Shown here piece by piece: positions 10,789 through 21,462 of a stretch of 64,000 nucleotides of DNA. Source of the stretch: Macrostomum lignano (Eukaryota); assembly GCA_002269645.1 (NCBI GenBank), contig NIVC01000967.1, positions 1 to 64,000 of the forward strand, written 5' to 3'. The notes under the pieces were generated by a model. It was not told the DNA's origin and searched no databases. It saw nothing but the letters and a program-made list of their open reading frames with translations. A program made the position numbers and the translations under genes. Each line of letters opens with the position of its first letter. Position 1 is the first letter of the stretch.

Positions 10789-13700
10789 AACTGCCTAGTG
10801 GCGCTGACCCACTTCTGCGAGGACCACGGGCCCTCGGTGGTGATGTGCACCCAGGCGGTGAGGCTGTCCGGCTTGCCGGTAGCCAAAGGCGGCAGCTGCT
10901 TGGACGGCGCAACAATCAGCTCGGCGCTGCCAGGCGGTCCGGCCAGTCTGACTTCAACGAAATGCCCGGCTTGCCGCTCGATGCCGCCCAACACCTTGGC
11001 AATGTACACAGCCGACTGGCAGGGCGACTTGCTGCTTGTGTCCAGCCAGCACCCAGCCGCTCCCAATCAGTTATATAGCCAGCTGCGTCAGGCCTGCCTT
11101 CGTGTGCACTCGTGCGAAGTCTGTCCAACCGGAGCTATGTACTTTGGCGACGATGCCGGCGGCGGCGGCGGCGGCGGCGGCTGCCACGTGTTCGCCAGTC
11201 CGTTCCAGCTAGACGACGTGAAAGCTCGCGGCCTGTCTAGCCAGTTCTCTGTGCTGGCGCTGTCGCGCGACGGTCGAATGCTGCTGCAATCCTGGCCTTG
11301 GCTGGTCAACCGCTCGGCCGAGATCATTGCCGGCCTGCGCGACGCCGCCGCAGCCCAGTTCTCAGCTGAGCAATCGGCCGGCTGTTCGGCTAGGGCTGCG
11401 CGAATCAACGGGTCCGGCTGGGTTCGAATGCGCCGGTCTGACGTGCCGACCAGGTCGCTGGCCCAGCTGACTAGCGATCCAAGCGTCTATAGGCGGTTGC
11501 ACACCTGCTTTGCCCGACTGTTGCGCGGCTGGCAACGGGAAGAGCTGGCGCCTGGCAGGCCTACCGAGGATCAGCTGGCTTTGGACTCGGTGCTGTGCCT
11601 GGCTGAGGAGGTGAGAGTGTGTGAGAGTGCTCGTGAGGACTAACCGGTCTGACCTGTCCTAAAGAATCGCCTCTGAGCTGCCCTTAGAAATTGCCTATGA
11701 GCTGCCCTTAGAAATTGCCTATGAGCTGCCCTAAGAATCGCCTCTGAGCTGTCATAAAGAATCGACGTTGAGTCTCCCTAAAAAAACAAACACCATCCCT
11801 GAGTCTCTAACACCATCCCTGAGTCTCTAACACAATCCTGAGTCTCTAACACCATCCCTGAGTCTCTAACACCATCTTCGAGTCTCTAACACAACCCTTG
11901 AGTCTCTAACACCATATTCGAGTATCTAATACCATCCTTGAGTCTCTAACACTATCTTCGAGTTTCTAACACCTTCCTTGAGTCTCTAACACCATCTTCG
12001 AGTCTCTAACACAATCCTTGAGTCTCTAACACCATCTTCGAGTCTCTAACACAACCCTTGAGTCTCTAACACTATCTTCGAGTTTCTAACACCTTCCTTG
12101 AGTCTCTAACACCATCTTCGAGTCTCTAACACAATCCTTGAGTCTCTAATACCATCGTCGACTCTCCCCTAAGGATTGTTCTTAAGCCGCCCCAAAAAAT
12201 GACTCTTTAAAATCGCTCTTTTCAATGCACTTGTAAGCATCTAAAGCTGGTTTTCACACACCAATAAGAAATAATCGTAGTTAATAAAAAAACAACCGTC
12301 TCAGGACGAAGACTCCGCAGATGACGGCATTCGCACTGTGGTTCCCACACCCACAAAACTTGTCGGAGGAGGCGGCGGCGGCGGCAGCAGCGGTCTAGGT
12401 GGGGAAGGCGTCCAGCTCCCGGTTGTGAGCGCAGTATTTCACTCTCTGCGCCACCTGCGCGAGCGTTTGCACCAGGCGCCGCCAGCTTGTCAGTCGATTG
12501 ATAATTTTAGTCTGCTGCTGCATCACCTGCTCACAGGCAATCAGATCGTGTTTCGAACTTCGCTGCCTGAACTGGCTAAATCATTTTTCACTTTGCTGCG
12601 TTGCCTACTGCCTAGCAACTGTTCTCAGGAGCTGCTCAACTGGCAACGATATGAGGAACCCTATAGGTGAGTGGGATTCTTGTAAGTTTAGATTGTGTAG
12701 GTCTTTGATCGCTGTGACATTATCAGGCCTGACTGTCTAATCGTCAGGCATGTGTACTCTCTGTGTCTTTGTGGTTGAATGTTCAATCCCGCTGAAAACG
12801 TCACCGAGACAAGAATCGCTAGAGTCATTGCAAACAACTCACTCAGTGACTCTAGCGTCTCTTGGGGCGACTCTTGTGGCTTTTTAACGACTCAAACAAC
12901 TGCAATGCGACGGAGAGGCGACTGTTGAGTCACGAGCGCATCGCGTGAGTTGCAGAGTCGTAATTAAAGAGTCGCGAAAGAAGTCGTTCAAGAGCCGTTG
13001 TGTTTGCGCTTAACTTTCTACTAACATAAGTAGACTAAATAGAGTTGTGTTATAAATGCGAAATGCGATTCTAATTCATTAAGTGACCAGATGCGCTTTA
13101 GACGCAACTCAGTGATTCTGCAGCGGCTCTGGCACGCCTCAGATACGACTCTACGGACTTCCTAATAGTCCGTCCTAGTTAGCATTTTATTATACGAATG
13201 GACCTTATTGAAAGTGTCTGGCTGCAATGGGTTATTTAACGGTCAGTTTCTATCATGCTGCATCATCAAACCAGGTGCAACCTGTTAGGCCTGACTGCCG
13301 ATACTCGCCTACCAGATTGGATCGCCGCCGACGGCGAGGGCCATCCAATGCTACTGCTGGACTGTCGGCCTGACGCGTCAGCGCTTGCTGCACAGGTAAG
13401 CTCTGGCTGGGCTTGTGCGTGTGCGTGAGTGTTGGTTGATGAGTGCTCCCTGGCGCTTATGTACCAGTACCTGGGTGATATAGCACTAACTGAAGCTGGG
13501 AGCAAGCAATTCAATCCTTTCGATGGAGAATCAAGCTATTGATAAAACTAAAGATAAAGCTCTCCTCACTAAATTCCTCGTCTGCCATATCCGGGTTTTT
13601 CTGATGAAATCTGTGGTTGCTCCATTGAACCATCTTTTGGACCATGGACAATGAAAAACAAGTCTTTAATAGCTGGATTCTCCCAGTGAGGGTTGAATTG

Positions 13701-15979
13701 ACTGCTACTAAGGCTCAATTGGCTTCGAAAAATGCTACATTAATTTGGGGACAAGCTGGCATTGTCGTGTGATTCACGACCATTAGGGCCAACCTCAAGG
13801 CACAGAGAGTGTACATGCTTTGAAGTCCGTGATGCAGTGACAGTTTGGCAAGAAACTTTAAAAGAGATAAACAACCTATCCATTAGTGTTGTTTTTAGTT
13901 AACATAGCGCCAAGTGAGGATTTTCCATAGACATTACCAGCGGACAAGCTGCCGTCATGGAGGAAACATGAAACAAGAGAAAAGGTTATCTATGTTAATA
14001 CTACAGCCTAGCATGCGCGTTAATCGTGAATTTCCCCCGCGTACAAGCTTCAGCCATTAAGAAATTAGGGGGGGGGCTATTATTAAATTCAAGCAGCCAA
14101 TGAAATTCATGGAAGGGATATCCCTATTTTTAGGAAGTCTTGGCCATAGACTCGCTTTCAGATGAGCGATCCTTTCTATTCCTTCATCCATGGCTGCCGT
14201 GCACACAGATTCAATTCACCCCTAGATGGGCCACTCAAGGCCGCAGTGCGAAAACCCCGGGGTTCAAGCCATAGACTGTAGCTTCTTTTGCGGTCAAGCA
14301 TTACCAGCAGCAGCTGGTGTCTGTGGCCCAAACCCTGGGTTTCCGTGACCTCGGAGAGGGCCGCTAAATACATTAGCGAATGCTGGAGCGACAGCTAAGT
14401 CTAATATAGAATCTGTAGCCGTGCATTTTCGTACTTCGTTTGAAGTCTTGACTTATCAGCGTATCATACACACTTCCGGCGGCTTATTTATTGTTTTATT
14501 AATGTATAACAAATAAAAGTTCCTACTTTGTTAGTAGTATGCATTTACCAACCCCAAAATACGCAACAAACATTGCAACAGGCTTTCATACCCGTAGACG
14601 ATCTGGATCTAGTAGTGACAACCAATAGGCCTGCCCGGCCGGCCGCTCAGCTGATTGGCCAAATTGACTCCCTGCTGGGCGATCCGGTGCTGCCTGAAGA
14701 GTCTCTCGATCTACTTCTGGCCAATGCTAAAGAGGATTGGCTAGAACGGGCTAGACAAACCTACGCTTTTATGCAGGTGAATATTTGTTTGATTGTGTAC
14801 TTTGGTGTCTGCCTAATCTGATAATTGGCAGTGGCTACTTCAAGTTAAATTTATTGATTGTCGCTATAAAGCGCGCCAATATCAGTGTAAGGAGCGCCAA
14901 TATAAGTGTAAGGAGCGCCAATATCAGTGCAAGGAGCGCCAATATCAGTGCAAGGAGCGCCAATATCAGTACAAAGGAGCGCCGATATCAGAACAAGGAG
15001 CGCCAATGTCAGTACAAAGGAGCGCCGATATCAGAACAAGGAGCGCCAATATCAACAGTAGGGGCGTCAATATCAGTAAGATTAGCGCCAATATCAGTAC
15101 AAGGGGCGCCAATATCAGTACAAGGGGCGCCCATATCACTACAGGAGCGCTAATATCAGTACAAGGGGCGCCAATATCAGTACAAGGGGCGCCAATATCA
15201 GTACAAGGGGCGCCAATATTAGTACAAGGGGCGCCAATATCAGTACAAGGGGCGCCAATATCAGTACAAGGGGCGCCAATATCAGTACAAGGGGCGCCAA
15301 TAGCAGTACAAGGGGCGCCAATATCAGTACAAGGGGCGCCCATATCACTACAGGAGCGCTAATATCAGTACAAGGGGCGCCAATATCAGTACAAGGGGCG
15401 CCCATATCACTACAGGAGCGCTAATATCAGTACAAGGGGCGCCAATATCAGTACAAGGGGCGCCAATATCAGTACAAGGGGCGCCAATATCAGTACAAGG
15501 GGCGCCAATATTAGTACAAAGGGCGCCAATATCAGTACAAGGGGCGCCCATATCACTACAGGAGCGCTAATATCAGTACAAGGGGCGCCAATATCAGTAC
15601 AAGGGGCGCCAATATCAGTACAAGGGGCGCCAATATCAGTACAAGGGGCGCCAATAGCAGTACCACCAGTAGCTCAGCGGGTCAAAAATTGTTCAAATCA
15701 GTTTTTAGATTGATCAAACCGATTGTAAAGCCGTAATTTGAAACGGCCTTAAGCCTTGCTGACACTACTATTAGTAGTTTAATCTAAAGGTAATTTGTTC
15801 ATAAATTGTGTCAAAAATGCAATTCGCAGGCGCACAGGCGGCAGTTCTCCGATGGCCAAGTGACCGCCTTTCTGTCCTCTCTAGGCTGTCAACGAGCCGA
15901 CGAGATTGTACTGAAATTCTGGACTCGCGGTATCAGCGGATTAACCCGTAGAGAGATTATCAAATCGTGCAGGCAATAG
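10789..15979 (+). CDS. FLCN: Folliculin; exons 10789-11610, 12305-12666, 13275-13395, 14582-14776, 15830-15979; initiator ATG not found in the genomic exon
   Basis: N-terminus NCLVALTHFCEDHGPSVVMCTQ resembles human [23 protein letters not shown]. It has CPACRS, then YEEPYR|CNLLGL across a phase-2 junction (human YEEAYRCNFLGL), and C-terminal LKFWTRG (human LKFWMTG). All junctions are GT-AG and phase-consistent. Confidence 0.92.
11665..12160. repeat. Minisatellites (24-bp, then 20-bp unit GAGTCTCTAACACCATCCTT) in FLCN intron
   Basis: Visible tandem arrays. Confidence 0.9.
12788..13156 (+). mobile_element. Partial copy of a non-autonomous DNA transposon (CCCG terminus, many GAGTC/GACTC subterminal motifs)
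   Basis: About 370 bp that are near-identical to the reverse complement of 25959-26329; begins CCCGCTGAAAACGTC. Confidence 0.75.
14872..15660. repeat. Minisatellite, 21-bp unit GCGCCAATATCAGTACAAGGG, in the last FLCN intron
   Basis: TACAAGGGG recurs at 15181, 15202 and 15223. Confidence 0.95.
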
Positions 15980-16188
15980 AAATTGCTGCCCTATGCTTGG
16001 CAGTTGGTTTTATATGTTTTGTCCATTGACGTTTTTTAGTTTTGTTTCAGTTGTTTAAATACTGGCTCGTTACTCTTTAGAGTAAATAATATCAAACATT
16101 TAGGAATTAGTTCTATTGTTGTGAATTAGAAATCTGCGTCTCCTTTGCTTATGCAAATCTTGTACACATTGCGCTAAATGCGTACACT

Positions 16189-16840
16189 GGTCCTTCAGCG
16201 GGTGGTTGCTGCTAGCCATTGGTCCTTCAGCGGGTGGTTGCTGCTAGCCATTGGTCCTTCAGCGGGTGGTTGCTGCTAGCCATTGGTCCTTCAGCGGGTG
16301 GTTGCTGCTAGCCATTGGTCCTTCAGCGGGTGGTTGCTGCTAGCCATTGGTCCTTCAGCGGGTGGTTGCTGCTAGCCATTGGTCCTTCAGCGGGTGGTTG
16401 CTGCTAGCCATTGGTCCTTCAGCGGGTGGTTTCTGCTAGCCATTGGTCCTTCAGCGGGTGGTTTCTGCTAGCCATTGGTCCTTCAGCGGGTGGTTTCTGC
16501 TAGCCATTGGTCCTTCAGCGGGTGGTTGCTGCTAGCCATTGGTCCTTCAGCGGGTGGTTGCTGCTAGCCATTGGTCCTTCAGCGGGTGGTTTCTGCTAGC
16601 CATTGGTCCTTCAGCGGGTGGTTGCTGCTAGCCATTGGTCCTTCAGCGGGTGGTTGCTGCTAGCCATTGGTCCTTCAGCGGGTGGTTGCTGCTAGCCATT
16701 GGTCCTTCAGCGGGTGGTTGCTGCTAGCCACTGGTCCTTCAGCGGGTGGTTTCTGCTAGCCATTGGTCCTTCAGCGGGTGGTTGCTGCTAGCCATTGGTC
16801 CTTCAGCGGGTGGTGCTGCTACCCATTGGTCCTTCAGCGA
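16189..16840. repeat. Minisatellite, 32-bp unit GGTCCTTCAGCGGGTGGTTGCTGCTAGCCATT
   Basis: About 20 near-identical copies downstream of FLCN. Confidence 0.95.
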
Positions 16841-17654
16841 ACCGCTCATAGCCCCCAAAAACCCCCACTTGCCGATAACTTTTTGATTCTATCTTACCTC
16901 GCGCATATGAAGTTCAATATCAATATGTCAATTATAAATTAGATGGATTATTCAAGACCTAGTTAGGTGCGAAATTGTTTTATACATAATTTGTTTCTTA
17001 TTTATTATTGAAATTCCCGCCAAAAAATATTTATAATCGATATTTAGTACTTACTATGCTACTACTGTTAAGATTTTGAACCTGCTTAAGCGCGTGTACT
17101 ACAGCCTACTGCTCGTCTACAAAGATTACATTTAATTTTTCTTAATTCTAAAGTCACTTTATTTATACATTTTTTAGCCATTTTAAATACAGCTTATATC
17201 TGCTGTAGCTGGCTGCTGCACTCATTGTTAGCTTGCAGTTTTCATTGCGCTTTATGTGTCCTCAGATTTATAGAATGCGGACATTTTTCTTTCTACGTAT
17301 TGCTGCGTCTTTCAGCAAATTCTCCCCCCCCGCAAAGCGCAGTGCTTTATGACTGCGTGTATATTTAACTGTTCAAAAGAATCGATGTATCCTACTGTTA
17401 GTAGGAGTCCAATTTCCTGTGGAAATTTTCAGTTAATCACATATACGCGCGACATGCGAATTATTCTACTTCATCACTGATTTTACAGACCGGCTTTCAG
17501 TGTGCGCGCTTTTTGTATTTCCACAGCGCAGAGCAGATATTTTATAAACTTGATAGCAAATAAATTTGCAAAGATATATATATATATTTTTCCTTTGTTT
17601 TGGTATTTCTGTTATTTTTGTATCAAACTAGGTGTCAATGGATACATACATACA

Positions 17655-17996
<342 letters not shown>

Positions 17997-18120
17997 GACA
18001 TGTTCGAGCTACGCTAGATTTTCAATCACTTACATCAGCTGTTGCTTTTCCTGGTCAAGCAGAAAGCATTAGCCTGCAAGCCGCCCTCTAACAGCTTCAG
18101 CTGCAGCCGTAGATAGCGCA

Positions 18121-18876
18121 ATGAATTCGCACGCCCAGCAGGCGGCGCCCTATCACGAGCGCCAGCGACTATTATTATGCGCGGTGCACGCGGCTAATAA
18201 TCTTCTGCAACGGCCAGAGTTCACTCAGAGCCAGTTTGACCAGCTGTGCCAGTCTTTGTCGCCGCAACAGGTCAGGTTATTAGCTTGCTTATCGCCCTTA
18301 CTGACTCAGGTTACCGTGTGCACTGCTTAGATACCTATCTATGCCTACATGGGTCACTAACCTATGCTCATTCAATATCCTTTAATATAATATCATTATT
18401 AAAAGTACACCCGTCGCCGGGCCCGCTATCTCTCCCGACAGACCTGGCTGCTAAATCCTCATCGGAATCCCCTCGGCCTTGGCAACTACGACGCTAACGT
18501 GTTGGACGCCGCCTTGCAGAGCCGCGGCCTTCGCCTAGTCTGGTTCGACCGGCGCAAACCGGTCGCCTGCCTGCTGCCCGACAGAATCGAAGGCTTCCTA
18601 ATCAATTACCAATCGGCTGCCTGCTCCGTGCTGCCGATAATCCGCTCCCGCCATTGGGTGGCGCTCCGGCGCTGCGGCCCGAACAATGAGTATCATAATC
18701 TGGATTCCAAAATGGCCGAGCCCAGCCTCATTGGTTCAGGACAGCCTGCCGATCTGCTGCACTATCTGCAGGCCAGGCTGGATGCCGACGCCAGTCTGCA
18801 GATTCTCCCGGTTGTACTGCCCGAGGTGGCCGACTCTGGCGACTGGCAGCTGGCGCAACCGGCGTCTGATGAATGA
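18121..18876 (+). CDS. JOSD: Josephin-domain deubiquitinase (JOSD1/2-like); exons 18121-18270, 18442-18876
   Basis: YHERQRLLLCAVHAANN, LGNYDANVL, RHWVAL and YHNLDSK match Josephin motifs. The Cys-His-Asp catalytic triad is present, and the GT-AG intron is phase 0. Confidence 0.93.
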
Positions 18877-18981
18877 TAGAGGTTGATTAATTAATTTATA
18901 TGCGATGTTTACCTCTTGCTGCTCTCTACTACATAGCTAAGGATCAGTGGTATGGCCAGTATTTTCCTTAATATTTCCTTA

Positions 18982-19452
18982 AGTAGATTGTAAAAATATT
19001 GTTGAGTAGATTGTAGAGATTGTTGAATAGATTGTACGGAGATTGTTGAGTAGATTGTACGGAGATTGTTGAGTAGATTGTACGGAGATTGTTGAATAGA
19101 TTGTACGGAGATTGTTGAGTAGATTGCAGGTAAGATTGTTGAGTAGATTGTAGAGATTGTTGAATAGATTGTACGGAGATTGTTGAGTAGATTGTACGGA
19201 GATTGTTGAGTAGATTGTACGGAGATTGTTGAATAGATTGTACGGAGATTGTTGAGTAGATTGCAGGTAGATTGTTGAGTAGATTGCAGGTAGATTGTTG
19301 AATAGATTGTACGGAGATTGTTGAGTAGATTGTAGGGAGATTGTTGAGTAGATTGTAGGGATATTGTTGAGTAGATTGTAGGGATATTGTTGAGTAGATT
19401 GTAGCGAAGATTGTTGAGTAGATTGCAGGTAAGATTGTTGAGTAGATTGTGA
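18982..19452. repeat. Minisatellite, ~23-bp unit GATTGTTGAGTAGATTGTACGGA
   Basis: Visible array just after the JOSD stop codon. Confidence 0.93.
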
Positions 19453-19487
19453 AGGGTTTAAATAAGCTGTCAATCATCTTTGTAATA

Positions 19488-19939
19488 CGCATTAGGCGCA
19501 CGTTTGGGAATCTGGCAGCGGAGGCAGATTGAGGCGGGAGCGCGATTAATGTACCTAATGAGCTAATGGGAGCTAGATGAAGGTACCTAATGAGCCAATG
19601 GGAGCTAGATTAGTGTACTTAACTAGCTAATGGAGGTCATTTCAGCTAGATTAGTGTACCTACATGTAACTAGCTAATGGGGGTCATTTCAGTTTGATTA
19701 GTGTACCTAACTAGCTAATGGGGGTCATTTCAGCTAGATTAGTTTACCTAACTAGCTAATGGGGGTCATTTCAGCTAGATTAGTATACCTAACTAGCTAA
19801 TGGGGGTCATTTCAGCTAGATTAGTGTACCTAACTAGCTAATGGGGTCATTTCAGCTAGATTAGTGTACCTAACTAGCTAATGGGGGTCATTTCAGCTAG
19901 ATTAGTGTACCTAACTAGCTAATGGGGGTCATTTCAGCT
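19488..19939 (-). repeat. Inverted duplicate of the 3' end of XYLT intron 1 plus 24 nt of exon 2
   Basis: The reverse complement matches about 23090-23559: ~8 units of the 41-bp satellite, the unique acceptor region and ATTCCCAAACGTGCGCCTAATGCG. Confidence 0.9.
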
Positions 19940-20409
19940 GAATTCAAACTCTTGGAAAAATGTGATGGCAGATGAGCTCAAGCTTTGTCTACCTCAGATG
20001 CATGAGATAGCCAATTAGTTCTGTTAACTAATAATTCAATAGTTTATGCCTAATTTTCATTTATCAACTGCTCGCACGCATGCTTCTGTGCTTATGTCTT
20101 TCTTATAACATACCGTGTTCTCGTGCGCCGAATTAAATTCCTTTTTCGGATAGTGTAACTTTATTGCCGCATCATTGCATCTTCCAGTGCTTATCTTAAT
20201 CCTAAATGTGTTAAATAAATTTTTTAACTGTAATTAAGTTTTGAGTCAGCAGATTGTGTAATTTGTACTTTTATCTCAACTACGCAGCTATAAAAATAGA
20301 ACAAGATAGACTCAAATGTTTATTAATTACCCCTTTGCTAGTAATTCAGTTAGGACTTTTAGAATTCGAGTTATCTTTAGTCTAGAATCGCAAGATTAAC
20401 CCCATTAAA

Positions 20410-21340
20410 AATCGCCCCTGATCCCTATGAAAATTGCCTCTGACCTCCGCTGGAATCGCCACTGATCGCTCAAAAATCGGTTAATCTATGTTAATAATCA
20501 CCTCTAAATGATAAAATCGCCCCTAAATCACCTAGAATCGCCTCTAAATCATTGATAATCGCCCTTAAATCATCGAGAATCGCCCCTAGATCCTCAAGAA
20601 TCGCTCCTAAGTAAAAAATCGCCCTTAGATCCTCAAGAATCGCCCTTAAATCATCAAGAATCGCTCCTAAATAAAAAATCGCCCTTAGATCCTCAAAAAT
20701 CGCCCCTAAATCATCAAGAATCACCCCTAGGTCATCAAGAATCGCCCTTAAATAACCGAGAATCGCCCCTAGGTCGTCAGGAATCGCCCCTAAATCATCA
20801 AGAATCGCCCTTAAATCACCGAGAATCGCCCCTAGGTCGTCAGGAATCGCCCCTAGATCATCAAGTATCGCCCCTAGGTCGTCAAGAATCGCCCCTAGAT
20901 CATCAAGAATCGCCCCTAGGTCATCAAGAATCGCCCTTAAATCACCGAGAATCGCCCCTAGGTCGTCAGGAATCGCCCCTAGATCATCAAGTATCGCCCC
21001 TAGGTCGTCAAGAATCGCCCCTAGATCATCAAGAATCGCCCCTAGGTCATCAAGAATCGCCCTTAAATCACCGAGAATCGCCCCTAGGTCGTCAGGGATC
21101 GCCCCTAGATCATCAAGAATCGCCCCTAGGTCATCAAGAATCGCCCTTAAATCACCGAGAATCGCCCCTAGGTCGTCAGGGATCGCCCCTAGATCATCAA
21201 GAATCGCCCCTAGATCGTCAAGAATCGCCCCTAGATCATCAAGAATCGCCCTTAAATCACCGAGAATCGCCCCTAGGTCGTCAGGGATCGCCCCTAGATC
21301 ATCAAGAATCGCCCCTAGATCGTCAAGAATCGCTCCTAGC
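20410..21340. repeat. Minisatellite, ~21-bp unit AAGAATCGCCCCTAGATCATC, upstream of XYLT
   Basis: Visible array. Confidence 0.93.
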
Positions 21341-21462
21341 CTTCTATGAACTCATCAAATTGTTATAATATCTCTAACAATCAATAAACAGTCTCAGATT
21401 CATTTGCTGCATCTCATGGCACGCTCAATGATCTAATTTAATGCCTGCTCGCTGCTTGAACT

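Noticed and set aside
13480-14400. Unique, moderately GC-rich sequence in FLCN intron 3 as a nested gene or transposase relic
   Set aside because: Only short interrupted frames, with no recognisable domain, TIR or TSD.
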